NCBI GenBank assembly: GCA_045159875.1
Contig: CP067995.1
Coordinates: 128,001 to 192,000 of the forward strand
DNA: 64,000 bases
Source: a cyanobacterium endosymbiont of Rhopalodia gibba
Lineage (GTDB): Bacteria > Cyanobacteriota > Cyanobacteriia > Cyanobacteriales > Microcystaceae
Direction of reading: 5' to 3'
Below the pieces are notes generated by a model. The model searched no databases, had not been told where the DNA came from, and was given only the letters and a program-made list of their open reading frames with translations. The position numbers and the translations under genes were made by a program. The first letter of the stretch is position 1; every line of letters starts with the position of its first letter. Shown piece by piece: positions 10,468 to 21,475 of the stretch.

Positions 10468-11430
10468 TTAGACAATGAACATATCATCATTAGCCCAAGA
10501 CGGACTAGTATTTTTAGCCATAACTGTCATTACAGCATAATCTTTCTTATTAACTTGCGAGGGTAAGTCCTTAGGAACGCCCATAACTGTTCTAGTTTTA
10601 AAAACTGTTCCTGGTTTCAAATCATAGAAAGGAAACTCAGGTTCGGTACATCCTAAACACGGCATTCCAATACGAGTTTTGGAGGAAACTCTATTCCATA
10701 GGATTCTATTACAAGGAGAATGAGTCATGGGTCCACGACAGCCCATGTCATAGAAAAGACATCCGGTGCGCTGTCCAAATTCCTGGGTACTCGATTTATA
10801 GTTAAAATGCATATTACGAGTACAACCAGTCTGGGTAAAAGATTTAAAGAAAGTTTCGGGACGATGGAATTTATCGAGAGTGATGTCTCCTACTCGTCCT
10901 GCAGCCACTGCCACTAATATTTGAGAAATCCAGTCTGGATGGGCTGGACAACCAGGGATATTAATGACAGGTAAGCCCGCTTGAGAACGGTATTCAGCTC
11001 CTAAAGCTCCCCCCTCTTTGCGCTTGAGAAATTGAAGTCCAACCGACTCGCTAGGGTTGGGGTCCATAGCAGGAATACCCCCATAGGTGGCACAGTCCCC
11101 TACTGCAACTACGAACCCTGCAACCTTGGACAAGTCTGCTAACCAGTTTTTCATAGGACGGCCAGCAAACCGATTCCACTCTCCACTTCCATGAGGGGCA
11201 TTAACAACAGTTCCTTCAAATACAAGTATATCAACAGAGATTTTTCCACTAACACAGTCATTTAGGAGTTTTTGCAAGCTATCCCCTAATTCTAGTCCCA
11301 GAGAAGGATGCCAGAGAATGTTAATATTAAAATCCGTAGCTAGATCTACGAGAGTGGGCTCTTCTGCGTTGAGAAACGATATAGTATTCCCACTGCAGGC
11401 ACCACCCTGAAGCCAGAGAACATTAGTCAT
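10468..11430 (-). CDS. hupS: Uptake [NiFe] hydrogenase small subunit
   Basis: WLQGGACSGN, GDCATYGG, IPGCPAHP and GCRGPMTHSPC Fe-S motifs. Confidence 0.97.
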   Translation of the reverse strand: MTNVLWLQGGACSGNTISFLNAEEPTLVDLATDFNINILWHPSLGLELGDSLQKLLNDCVSGKISVDILVFEGTVVNAPHGSGEWNRFAGRPMKNWLADLSKVAGFVVAVGDCATYGGIPAMDPNPSESVGLQFLKRKEGGALGAEYRSQAGLPVINIPGCPAHPDWISQILVAVAAGRVGDITLDKFHRPETFFKSFTQTGCTRNMHFNYKSSTQEFGQRTGCLFYDMGCRGPMTHSPCNRILWNRVSSKTRIGMPCLGCTEPEFPFYDLKPGTVFKTRTVMGVPKDLPSQVNKKDYAVMTVMAKNTSPSWANDDMFIV

Positions 11431-12439
11431 GAGTAGTTCCGTCCTGATGTTTTCAATTTAACTTCAAAATTTGACCAATCAACTATTAAGCTAATTTTTT
11501 TACAAAAAGGTATTATAAAATTATTTATCATAATATCTTTGATTATTTTTAGTCTCTTAACAAAAAGTAAAGTTTACTTCATTTTATAAATCAAGAGTCA
11601 CCTAGGTTTCTAGAGCCAGACTAATGACAATTAAAAGCTTTCTCATTTTTTTCCTTTTCCAAGAAGACATTGTAAGACAACGATAACGGGTATTTAAGTT
11701 ATATAAAAAATGGACGTAAAATCCTAGGGGAAGAAAGCCCCGAGTCTCTGTTACTAAAGTGATGACTATCTATAGAGGCATACGCTGGTAGTCAGATGAG
11801 TTGATAAACAATATTTTTTAGCTGTTAACTCAGTAATTGATTTAGGTTTACTTTAGCTGAACGAACAATCAAACGGGTGTGGAGGTGTAAGTTGACAAGT
11901 GCCTAAGGTAGTCTCAATACTCATTCGTTCATTGGCGATGCTTAATTAAAGTAGCACAATACTTTTCAGTTTAGGCTTTTTGTAAAATCTAAGTTTGTTT
12001 ACAGCCTGCAATGATACGATGCTCCAGTCATTCAGGAACAGTAGGAATTTCACAACTTTGAGGTTTAACTTGTTTAGTAGTTGTTATTTTTATCCTAAAT
12101 TCGTTGAGAGATAACACATAATGTTGTCCTAAACTTCCTGAACTACAGACTAATCAAGCGCTCGCTTTATAGTTGAGAAAAATCATAGATTATATCTCTG
12201 TTCACATTGTGCTACTTCTGTAAATCTTTGTATTTACAATTAAAAATATTTATGGAAAATACTGTCCTCAATAGAAAAAGTAAGTGAAAAACTATTTAAA
12301 CTTGTGTGTTCATTGTGATCTTGGATTAATACTTAGGTTAAGGCAGTTTAGGGTCAATTAACCCCTGTGTAGGAGTATTAAACGAAATCTAGATTAATAC
12401 ATAATAAACAAACAATGATCATTGATTAACAGTAATATT

Positions 12440-12753
12440 TTTTTTAGGATGAAAGACGGGCGATTGTGAATCGGGGGGGAAAGCGAAGGGTGAAATTTAC
12501 TCTAACACCTAAGGTAAATGACAATCCTAGAGGAGACAAGTACGATCACTGAGAACTCCTCAAATTAGATTATTTATAGTATCTGGAATTTTACCAATCA
12601 TTAGCACAATTACCGCTGCTTTCTCTACCTTAGGGAAGGGAATACTAATAAACAAAGAACAAGAATATTAGCCGCGATCACTGGTCCAGGATTTCCCAGT
12701 CCATGGCCTAATTCTGTCGTAAAATAGAGTCTCTTTGATTTGAGGACAGTCAT
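12440..12753 (-). pseudogene. GPH/MelB-family MFS sugar transporter, N-terminal relic
   Basis: MTVLKSKRLYFTTELGHGLGNPGPVIAANILV, then shifted LMIGKIPDTINNLI*GVLSDRT, resembling KLAYGxGD..IGKIxDAINDPIIGVLSDRT. Confidence 0.7.
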
Positions 12754-12864
12754 ATAAATTATGAATAGTAAATTTATTCTAAAATCATAAGGCAACACGC
12801 AACATGGAAATTGGCTATCCTCTTGACTCAAAAAGTTCTAAATTTCTACTTTTTACTTTAAATA

Positions 12865-13692
12865 ATGCCTAGAACCCGTAAACGTTTTGCACAACATTGG
12901 TTACGCGATGAAAAAGTCTTAACAAAAATAATACAAGCTGCTAAACTTCAAAATAGCGATCAAATCCTAGAAATTGGTCCAGGAACTGGAATTTTAACCC
13001 GTCGTCTTATCCCAAATGTTCAGTCTACCGTAGCGGTGGAATTGGATCGAGATTTATGTCAACGGTTAGCCAAACAGTTAGGAAATATCAAGAATTTTTT
13101 ATTATTACAAGGAGATATATTAACTCTAGATTTAACCACTCAATTACAACAATTTCCAAAATTTCAACCCCTTAATAAGGTAGTAGCAAATATTCCCTAC
13201 AATATCACTGCTCCCATCTTAGAAAGATTACTTGGAACCATTGCCCATCCCCACTATCCTCCATATAATATAATCGTTTTATTAATTCAAAAAGAAGTTG
13301 CTCAACGTATTGTAGCTAAACCTAAAACAAAAGCTTACGGAGCTTTATCGGTTGGGATGCAATATTTAGCTCATTGTGAGTATATTTGTGATGTTCCCAG
13401 TAAAGCTTTTGATCCGCCCCCAAAAGTCGAATCTGGGGTAATTCGTTTGACCCCTAGATCTCTAAAAACTCCTGTTACTAATCCCCAACAATTAGAGACA
13501 CTAGTTAAAGTTGGATTTGCTAATCGTCGCAAAATGTTAAGAAATAATTTAAAAAATATCATTGATGGTGATAGCTTAATCTTCTTCTTAGAACAATTAA
13601 ATATTAATCCCGAAGCTCGCGCAGAAGAACTAAGTTTAGAACAATGGATCATTTTAAGTAACAATTGGCCTACACTCAACGGGAATAACTAA
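12865..13692 (+). CDS. rsmA: 16S rRNA adenine dimethyltransferase KsgA
   Basis: FAQHWL, LEIGPGTG and VVANIPYNIT motifs. Confidence 0.96.
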   Translation: MPRTRKRFAQHWLRDEKVLTKIIQAAKLQNSDQILEIGPGTGILTRRLIPNVQSTVAVELDRDLCQRLAKQLGNIKNFLLLQGDILTLDLTTQLQQFPKFQPLNKVVANIPYNITAPILERLLGTIAHPHYPPYNIIVLLIQKEVAQRIVAKPKTKAYGALSVGMQYLAHCEYICDVPSKAFDPPPKVESGVIRLTPRSLKTPVTNPQQLETLVKVGFANRRKMLRNNLKNIIDGDSLIFFLEQLNINPEARAEELSLEQWIILSNNWPTLNGNN

Positions 13693-13712
13693 ACAATTAT
13701 TTATCAGAAAAT

Positions 13713-14582
13713 ATGTCAATAATTACCGGAAAAACAAAACTACTCGGCATTATTGGTAATCCAGTAAAACATTCCTTATCACCAGTCATACACAATGCAG
13801 CAATTAGTCATTTAGGAGTAGATTATATTTATGTCCCTTTTCCTATAAAATCCAAAGATTTAACCACTGCAATTGCTGGATTTGCTAGTATTGGAATTGT
13901 AGGATTTAATGTTACTACTCCTCACAAGCAAGCAATTATTCCTCTCCTGTCGGAAGCGACTCCCACGGCTAAATTGGTAGGTGCAGTTAACACGGTTTGG
14001 TGCACCGAAACGGGATGGAAAGGGACTAACACTGATATAGATGGCTTTTTATCCCCTCTTCAATCATTACAACGAGATTGGGCTAATATAACTCCAATTA
14101 TTCTAGGAAATGGAGGTGCAGCTAGGGCGGTAGCGGTAGGATTAGCCCAATTAGGATGTCTTCAAATTCACGTTGTGGGGCGAGATCAACATAAGTTATG
14201 GCAGTTTGCACAAAGTTGGAAAAATACTCAATTTACAGCCACTTTAAGGGTTTATTTCTGGGATGAATTATCAGAGATAATAGAGAAAACTGAACTATTA
14301 ATTAATACCACTCCCATCGGAATGTTTCCTAACATTGATGACTCTCCTATAGAGTCGATGCTTTTTGCTAGAATGCCAGAAAATGCGATTGTCTATGATC
14401 TGATTTATACGCCTAATCCCACTCAATTTCTCAAGAATGCACAACAACAAGGGTTAATAATCATTGATGGCTTGGAAATGCTAGTCCGACAAGGAGCAAT
14501 CGCTCTACAATTGTGGTTACAAAAACCTGTTCCTGTTGATGTTATGACTCAATCTTTACGAGATTATTTAAAACTCCAGTAG
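13713..14582 (+). CDS. aroE: Shikimate dehydrogenase
   Basis: HSLSP, GFNVT.PHK, GAVNT, NTD, GNGGAARA and DGLEMLV.QG motifs. Confidence 0.95.
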   Translation: MSIITGKTKLLGIIGNPVKHSLSPVIHNAAISHLGVDYIYVPFPIKSKDLTTAIAGFASIGIVGFNVTTPHKQAIIPLLSEATPTAKLVGAVNTVWCTETGWKGTNTDIDGFLSPLQSLQRDWANITPIILGNGGAARAVAVGLAQLGCLQIHVVGRDQHKLWQFAQSWKNTQFTATLRVYFWDELSEIIEKTELLINTTPIGMFPNIDDSPIESMLFARMPENAIVYDLIYTPNPTQFLKNAQQQGLIIIDGLEMLVRQGAIALQLWLQKPVPVDVMTQSLRDYLKLQ

Positions 14583-14609
14583 TAATTGATAATCCTTTGT
14601 TATGAAAGG

Positions 14610-15272
14610 TTATTGGTTTAATTCCAATAATCCAACTGGAGGATTAATTTCTATGCGTTGATTTTTCAAGTCAACTACAGGAACAATTTCGTACACGAAG
14701 GGGATTAAAACAGTATCTATTTTAGGTTTTTTTTGTTTATTTTTTTGTTTATTTTTTTGTCTTGGACAACGTATTATTTGGGGAGTAGACTCACAGATTT
14801 CTAGTTCTTTTTGAACATTTTTTTTATACAGTTTAACTTCTAATAAATCATGACCTGCGCATAAAATACCAGTAACATTTCCAATTAATTCCCCTGTTTT
14901 TTTATGATAAACTTCTATATCAATCAGATCTGATACATAATATTCTTCTTCTTCTATTTTTGGGCGATCACTGCCAGGAACTACTAATTTGTGATTCCTT
15001 AATGCCTCAGCTTGGGTACGATCTTTCACTTGGGCTAATTCAATAATATATAGGTTTTTTCCAGGTACATACCTACCTCTCACTAACTCAACTTCTTGAG
15101 GATACAACCCTTGAGGAGACTGTAACCATCTTGTTCCTGGTTTTTCAAATCTTTCTGAAAAATCTGAATTGGAAATGACTCTTAATTCTCCTTGTAATCC
15201 TTGCGGCGCAACAATTGTTCCAATTTCTATCCAATTATCTAGACTTTCTGATATTAAATTCTTTTCAGTCAT
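14610..15272 (-). CDS. rimM: Ribosome maturation factor RimM
   Basis: IGTIVAPQGLQGELRV and LIPFV..IVPVVD; Lys-rich insert containing a QKNK repeat. Confidence 0.93.
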   Translation of the reverse strand: MTEKNLISESLDNWIEIGTIVAPQGLQGELRVISNSDFSERFEKPGTRWLQSPQGLYPQEVELVRGRYVPGKNLYIIELAQVKDRTQAEALRNHKLVVPGSDRPKIEEEEYYVSDLIDIEVYHKKTGELIGNVTGILCAGHDLLEVKLYKKNVQKELEICESTPQIIRCPRQKNKQKNKQKKPKIDTVLIPFVYEIVPVVDLKNQRIEINPPVGLLELNQ

Positions 15273-15887
15273 TTTTTTAGATTACTATAATATCTATATT
15301 TTTATTATGTTTATTATAAGCCTTTATGCTATGGTTTTCTCTGAAAATTTATTTTTTTGATAAAAAATATTAAATAGTTTTACTTTAAATCAATCCAATG
15401 ACTTTAAAAACGTGACAGGCATATTTTTATAAAACCTCTTTTCAAAACCAAGAACATCAGTTTTAATGGCAACTCTTAATTTGTAACGCTCAAGAAAAAA
15501 TAATTTATCAAGCTATTTGTGAACAAAAAAAATATGATTTAAGTTGGTTATTAAGACATGAAGAGATTTAAAAGACTATTTGTTGAAAAAAATTGTGGAC
15601 TAGTTTGAATATTTTGTAGGGTAGACAAAAGTTTAATGATAAGTGATATACAATTACTCAAGATGTCCATTATATTTTTATATTCTACTACTCGATACGG
15701 GTACAGTATTTTGTTTCTTTGCTCAAAGAAAACTTTAGAAAGGGTCGCTTATCTTAGTATATTTACTAAAATTAGTTTTTATGTGGGTTAACGAATAAAC
15801 AGTTAAATCGTGTCACCAGTAACGTGATATTGGGAAAACAAGAAACTAATTAAGTTATATGCTAATTTCACAGTAATTTTACACATA

Positions 15888-16811
15888 ATGGCTACAAATA
15901 TGAACTTAGATAAAGAAAAGCTTGAATCTACAGATTTATGGAACAAAGTCATCACTCAGACGAATCATGCTATTAAATGTAGTGCATTACAGTCCATTGT
16001 AACAAATTGTGAATTCATAGAAGACGCCAATATTAAATTTTTAGTTAAAATTTTAGATGATTTTCCACAAAAAGAAAATCTCCAGAAAAAAGAAACTCAG
16101 CAACATAAAAAGATAGAAAAGAAAGTAGATCCTTTTCTTCCCTATGAAAAAGATTTATTTGTCACCAATCTTTCAGATACTCATTTATGTTTATTAAATA
16201 AATATAATGTATTTGATTACCATTTACTAATTACTACTCGTGTTTTTGAAGAACAACAAAGTTGGCTAGACTTCAATGATTTTGCTGCTTTATCTCAGTG
16301 TTTATCGCAGATTGATGGACTGGGATTCTATAACAGTGGCACGCTTTCAGGAGCAAGTCAACAGCATAAACATTTACAATTAGTTCCTTTTCCGTTAAGT
16401 TCTGAAGTCGAAAAAATTCCAATTGAATCAACAATAAAAAAGATTAATTTTCAAGGTGATATTGAATTTTTGTCTAGTTTTAACTTTAGCCATGCTTTAA
16501 CTAAAATTAACCTTCCTCCTGAAAACAAATATTTTCAAAACGCTCTGATTATGTTGGAAAATTATCATAAATTATTAATGGCTATTAATCTACCTTTACA
16601 CAAAGAGAAACCAACAGTAGACTATAATCTTTTAATTACACGAGAATGGATGATGATTATTGAGCGCTCACAAGCAAGCTATGAATCTATTCCAGTAAAT
16701 TCTTTAGGTTTTGCAGGAACATTCTTTATTAAAAATCAGAAACAAATGGAACATTTAAAAAAATTGACTCCTCTGATAATTTTACAGAATGTTGCTAAAA
16801 ATAAGGAATAA
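15888..16811 (+). CDS. Ap4A phosphorylase / ATP adenylyltransferase family protein
   Basis: DPFLPYEKDLFV, LLNKYNV, GASQQHKHLQ (HxHxQ) and NSLGFAG motifs. Confidence 0.88.
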   Translation: MATNMNLDKEKLESTDLWNKVITQTNHAIKCSALQSIVTNCEFIEDANIKFLVKILDDFPQKENLQKKETQQHKKIEKKVDPFLPYEKDLFVTNLSDTHLCLLNKYNVFDYHLLITTRVFEEQQSWLDFNDFAALSQCLSQIDGLGFYNSGTLSGASQQHKHLQLVPFPLSSEVEKIPIESTIKKINFQGDIEFLSSFNFSHALTKINLPPENKYFQNALIMLENYHKLLMAINLPLHKEKPTVDYNLLITREWMMIIERSQASYESIPVNSLGFAGTFFIKNQKQMEHLKKLTPLIILQNVAKNKE

Positions 16812-17468
16812 ACAATAGATTTTAGAGCACAAATATTAGAGACGTTTATTATTGAGTTTTTGGGCGCATAGTTTTCAGTTGGTTAATAGTTTTTTAAAAA
16901 ACTATAGTTAGCCTGTATTTCGATTACTAAATTGATTGGTTTAGAGTTTTAATTAAGGATTAAATAAATGATGATGAGTATAGTAATTAAAAAAAAATAG
17001 TCTATAAATTACTTAGTTGTTAGATCACCTATTTCTATTTCTCTATAAAACAATTATTTTGTGTTATGCAATCAACTACTTATTTCCCTACAAACCACCT
17101 TTTAAATAACACAATATCAGCTTAATTAATAATTAAAAATTATGTTCTATCCCTTTTTTCTACTGTGTTAATTTTGATCAAAATATGTAACTAAAAATTG
17201 ACTACCTTTAGCTAAAGTTATTTTTCCCGTTATTTATTTCCTCAAAAGACTTCGAACTCAAAGTCTTTTTAACCTTTTTTGGGTATTAAAAACCTTGCAA
17301 AGCGAAACTTTCAATCTTTGTTAATTATGATTTTGTCATAGCTAGTCTAGAAGAACTATTTTTCTAAGTTCATTTTCCGGGGTAATATCAAAGGCTTGTG
17401 CTCGTTTGAGGTTAGATAATTCTCACATAGTGACTACGTTTAATTAAAATTTTGAAAAAATTTCATGA

Positions 17469-17801
17469 TTATGAAGCAAGTTTTAAAGCTTCAAAATAGA
17501 GACTATAAACAAAGCCAATTTTAAATATATTTAAAATTTCAAGCCATAGTTTTTTTTTCAACTGTTGTATCTGACTATAGGCAACACGACTAATAGTTTC
17601 TGTAAATAAAATTAGAAATCCAGCAATTGTAATATCCCAATAGGCTTCTTGTCCGGCAGTTGTAGACACAGCTTGACCAACAAAAAAACCGAATAAAAGG
17701 CCCATTAAACTTAAAGAAATGCGCCGCCAAGGATTAGTAAATAGTTGATTAAGACGGGTTTGAGTATTATCAAATAGAGTATTTAATCGAGTTTTTTGCA
17801 T
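17469..17801 (-). CDS. ycf20: DUF565 / Ycf20 family membrane protein
   Basis: MQxTRL..NPWRR N-terminus, KIG..YSL..EALKLAS C-terminus. Confidence 0.8.
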   Translation of the reverse strand: MQKTRLNTLFDNTQTRLNQLFTNPWRRISLSLMGLLFGFFVGQAVSTTAGQEAYWDITIAGFLILFTETISRVAYSQIQQLKKKLWLEILNIFKIGFVYSLYFEALKLAS

Positions 17802-17944
17802 AGTGGATAATGTAAGTAGATACTCATAATTTATTGGACAAAAACTATGACATGGGCAATGATTGCCATTTTGGTGGATATTGCCAACACGGTAATTAAT
17901 TTTATTTAGATATCAAGAAAAATACACTCACTCTTCCCGAAGTA

Positions 17945-18532
17945 CTATTTGGTAATACGACTGAGTAACCACAAAGAGATTCCAATTCCGATAAAATGAG
18001 CGGTAACTGCCGTTGAATTAGCTTGAATACTAAAAATATCCGCCGCTACTACCAAACATCCTGCGCCTCCTCTTACTGCCCCAGTCTGTCTCACAGATTT
18101 TAATAAAACATTACCGACAACAGATTGAGTGCCAACTAACGACAATAGCATTCCGATCAGGTTAATAATCAACCCCCACCGAATCACTTGGACGGTATCG
18201 GTTCGTTTTGGACGACGGGTTGGATCAGCACTCTGCAAGAGATTAGCAATTTTGGTGTAACGAAAAGAAAAATAAACGCTAATTCCGAGGACGACCAGGC
18301 CACAAATAGCGAAAAATATACCAAATCCCGTGCCGGGGTTTTTTTCCCCTTCCCCTAATGAACCCGTTCCAAGAGCTAACAGAGAGATAATACCGAGGAC
18401 AATTTGCATCCAAAAGCTACGCCATCCCCACCATTTTAAAGTTAAAGCAGCTTCTAACATAGCCTCAGGTAAGGGACGGCTAATTGCTGGGTTTTCGCGG
18501 TTGTCGTTCATGGGACTGTTATCATTTTTCAA
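17945..18532 (-). CDS. DUF3611 family membrane protein
   Basis: GWxSFWMQIVLG, NLIGMLL.L.G.Q and AHFIGI motifs. Confidence 0.75.
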   Translation of the reverse strand: MKNDNSPMNDNRENPAISRPLPEAMLEAALTLKWWGWRSFWMQIVLGIISLLALGTGSLGEGEKNPGTGFGIFFAICGLVVLGISVYFSFRYTKIANLLQSADPTRRPKRTDTVQVIRWGLIINLIGMLLSLVGTQSVVGNVLLKSVRQTGAVRGGAGCLVVAADIFSIQANSTAVTAHFIGIGISLWLLSRITK

Positions 18533-18575
18533 GGCACTGCTGACTCAAAAGGGAAAAGAGGACAGAGGAGAAATT

Positions 18576-19454
18576 TTATTTTTTAGGGGAGAAAAACAAT
18601 ACTGGAAACCAACTACGGCGAAGAACCTCGTTAGCTAAACTGGGGTTTGTCCATTCTAAGATGGTGTTGCGATAATCGGAAGCGATGGCGATCGCGCTAA
18701 TATCAAAGTTTAAGGCAGTATCGAGTATTTCTACTAAGGGGTTTCCTTGAGTAACTTTAGTTTTAACGGTTAAATTTAGTTCTTCCAATTCTGCTTTGAC
18801 GCTGTTTAGTTTCTCCTGGGCTTCTCTGTAGTGATATTTTGTAATTTCTTCCGTGCGTTCCCCATCATCAATCACCCATAGTAGTAAGCATTGTTCACAA
18901 GAGTTGTCAGGATAGTCTTTCAGGTGATGTTTAATTTCTCCAAGCAAATATTCCCCAGATTTTTCTCCATTGTAGGGAATCAGCAAGTAACGCCACATAT
19001 GCTGACAACGTAGGGCTAATTCTTCACAAGTATAAGTGGAGATTAACTGAGGACGCAAAATCATTAAAGGTGTTGAGGTTGATTTGACTAACTCTAGAGT
19101 GTGACTCCCAAAGATTTTTGCTTCTATGGCACTGCGAATGGGCATCCCTGTGAGAACAATATCGATGTCATAGGTGTCAATTAATCGTAAAATTACGTCT
19201 TTAGGTTGTCCCGAGAGAACTTCAACTTTAACTTCTATACCGTCGGGAACTTCTTCTAAGGAGGGTGCGAGGAGTTCTTTTGCCTTAGCAATTTTGTCTT
19301 CGTCAACTCTGGCAATTTTTTCCGATTGCCAAACCGAGATACTGTGTAAAAATACGATACGTTTGAGTCCGTTATTAGCTAGAGGGGAGATGAAGTTAAC
19401 TAGGCGATGTAAGCCGTCGGTGAAGTCAGTACAAATTAAACAGTTATGGAACAT
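18576..19454 (-). CDS. Universal stress protein (tandem USP domains)
   Basis: ICTDFTD, G.P...IL, FGSHT and EVLRRSWFPVL motifs. Confidence 0.85.
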   Translation of the reverse strand: MFHNCLICTDFTDGLHRLVNFISPLANNGLKRIVFLHSISVWQSEKIARVDEDKIAKAKELLAPSLEEVPDGIEVKVEVLSGQPKDVILRLIDTYDIDIVLTGMPIRSAIEAKIFGSHTLELVKSTSTPLMILRPQLISTYTCEELALRCQHMWRYLLIPYNGEKSGEYLLGEIKHHLKDYPDNSCEQCLLLWVIDDGERTEEITKYHYREAQEKLNSVKAELEELNLTVKTKVTQGNPLVEILDTALNFDISAIAIASDYRNTILEWTNPSLANEVLRRSWFPVLFFSPKK

Positions 19455-19779
19455 AAGGAAAGGTCTTCATTTTGAAGCAAACCACTCGAGACTACTATAA
19501 CAAGGATAAATAGTTATACTGCTGTTATGAACATTAAGGTTTTAAGAAAACAAACACACGAACAGTAATCCAGAATCTAGATATTTTTTCCAAGAGGAAA
19601 CGTACATAGAAAATAATGTTATTGTTTAAAAAAATCTCTAAAGAGAACTTTGAAAAAATTTTACTACAAAAATTTATCATTTTTTTTTGTTATCATCCTT
19701 ATGATAATTAATTGAATCTTACAATTAAATTAATTGTTGACTTGATTATTTATACTATACTTAATATTTTTTTAATCTA

Positions 19780-20022
19780 ATTTAAAAATAACTAAAACAT
19801 TATAAATACTTAAAAAAGATTCTGCACTACCATGTAATTAACTAATTTTAGCAAAGAGTTCACCATATTTGGTGGTAGCATAAATTCCAGATGTAATGGT
19901 CACAGCCACAAATATTAGAAATACATAAAAGCTAACTTCTGCAGTTTTTGAGCACGAGTAAAAACCCACAAAAATCCTAAATAGGAGAATAACGAAATTA
20001 TAAATAAACTATTAATGATCAT
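19780..20022 (-). pseudogene. DUF3593 family membrane protein pseudogene
   Basis: MIINSLFIISLFSYLGFLWVFTR..(fs)FYVFLIFVAVTITSGIYA..*LHGSAESFL. Confidence 0.75.
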
Positions 20023-20047
20023 CAATTAATAACATCTTGACAAGAAC

Positions 20048-20331
20048 AACGTTAAATCCACCAAACAGCACTAGAAAAAGTACAATTACCAACAACTGTT
20101 ATAACTGCTTGTAAAGTGACTAATCAGTTTGAAAATGGGATATTTTCAAAAAAATGCCAAGCACAAGCACACATGGCAATTAATAAAGTAGGTAACATTC
20201 CTAAAGATAGCCATCTACAATAATGATCTTTAGTCACTTCTCTATAAGTTCAAATCAAACAGATTCCTGATATCCACTCAATGACGCTATGCATTATAGA
20301 TTATTCAGGTGGGCATTGAAAGTGTCTTCAT
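20048..20331 (-). pseudogene. ycf49: Ycf49 (DUF2499) pseudogene
   Basis: MKTLSMPT*II..SVIEWI..MLPTLLIAMCACAWHFFEN..*LVTLQA..VGN; several Trp codons are now stops. Confidence 0.8.
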
Positions 20332-20356
20332 AAATTTTATAATTGATGATTGACAA

Positions 20357-21328
20357 TTATTTCTTCTCTAGCCAATTAATGACTTTTTTTCCTAAATTAG
20401 TCTCATCGAGACGATCAATCTCTCTAATACCAGTGGGACTGGTAACGTTTACTTCTGTTAAATAACCGCCAATAACATCAATTCCGACAAAATATAAGCC
20501 ATTTTTTCGTAATTTTGGACATAAAGCCTCACAGATTTCTAATTCTCTGGAGGTAACTTCTGTTTTTTCACTTTTTCCACCAACAGCCATATTTCCCCGA
20601 AATTCTTTACCTGTCGGGATTCGATTAACTGCCCCAATAGGTTGACCATCAAGGAGAATAATTCGTTTATCCCCATCCTTTGCTTCAGGAATGAAACGCT
20701 GTACCATCACAGCTTCTTGCCCATAAAAAGTACTGACTTCAATTAGAGAATTAAAATTGCGATCACTAGAATCTAACAGTAAAATTCCTTCCCCTGCTTT
20801 CCCTCCTAAAGGTTTGAGAATTGCTAATTTTTTCTCTTCTACAAACTTACGAATAATTGTCTTATCCAAACTGACAATGGTTTCTGGCATTTTTGAATAA
20901 AATTGCAGAGTGTACATTTTTTCATTAGCTTCGCGTAATCCTTGAGGAGAATTAATCACTAAAGTTTTTTCAGAATTAATTAACTCTAAAATGTAGGTAG
21001 CATAGAGATAGCGAACGGTAACCGGGGGGTCTTTCCTCATGAAAACTACATCCATGTCTTCTAGACACTTTAAAACTGTCTCCAAGATTTGATACCAATT
21101 GGGAACCGCTACCCATTTTTGACCTTGTAATTCAACGGGAGTTAACTGAACTTGAGATAAGATTGCCCAGGCCTTTCCTTCAATAACACTAAGTTGATGC
21201 ACTTGTGTTACCCAGACTTCATGACCGGCTGTTTGGGCTGCTTCCATGATAGCTACTGTGCTATCGTGACCGGGATCTAATTGAGGTAGAGAATCAATAA
21301 TAAAAGCAAATTTCATTTGTACAGACAA
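20357..21328 (-). CDS. gshB: Glutathione synthetase
   Basis: FMRKDPP, ANEK, KPLGGKAGEGI, FRGNMAVGG and TEVNVTSPTG motifs. Confidence 0.96.
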   Translation of the reverse strand: MSVQMKFAFIIDSLPQLDPGHDSTVAIMEAAQTAGHEVWVTQVHQLSVIEGKAWAILSQVQLTPVELQGQKWVAVPNWYQILETVLKCLEDMDVVFMRKDPPVTVRYLYATYILELINSEKTLVINSPQGLREANEKMYTLQFYSKMPETIVSLDKTIIRKFVEEKKLAILKPLGGKAGEGILLLDSSDRNFNSLIEVSTFYGQEAVMVQRFIPEAKDGDKRIILLDGQPIGAVNRIPTGKEFRGNMAVGGKSEKTEVTSRELEICEALCPKLRKNGLYFVGIDVIGGYLTEVNVTSPTGIREIDRLDETNLGKKVINWLEKK

Positions 21329-21475
21329 TAGGGAATAGGGAGCGCTAAAAATGTCGGAATTTATTAGTGTAGTGCTTTCAACAATTTATAATAAACAACA
21401 AAACAATTACCTCTCTTTAAAAGACAGAGGATTAGAAGATAGTCAGTTTTTTCCCTCAAAAGAAAAGTTTTAGAC

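Noticed and set aside
11430..11650. NtcA box upstream of hupS (also sought upstream of the riboswitch)
   Set aside because: No correctly spaced GTA-N8-TAC found; only N5/N6 look-alikes
8724..11897. 10-bp inverted repeat TGTCAACTTA/TAAGTTGACA flanking hupSL, suggesting a composite transposon
   Set aside because: Too short, no transposase or target-site duplication, and hupSL is normally vertically inherited
11700..11900. Faint resemblance to an IscB/HEARO omega-RNA start on the minus strand
   Set aside because: Diagnostic hairpins are absent and there is no iscB ORF
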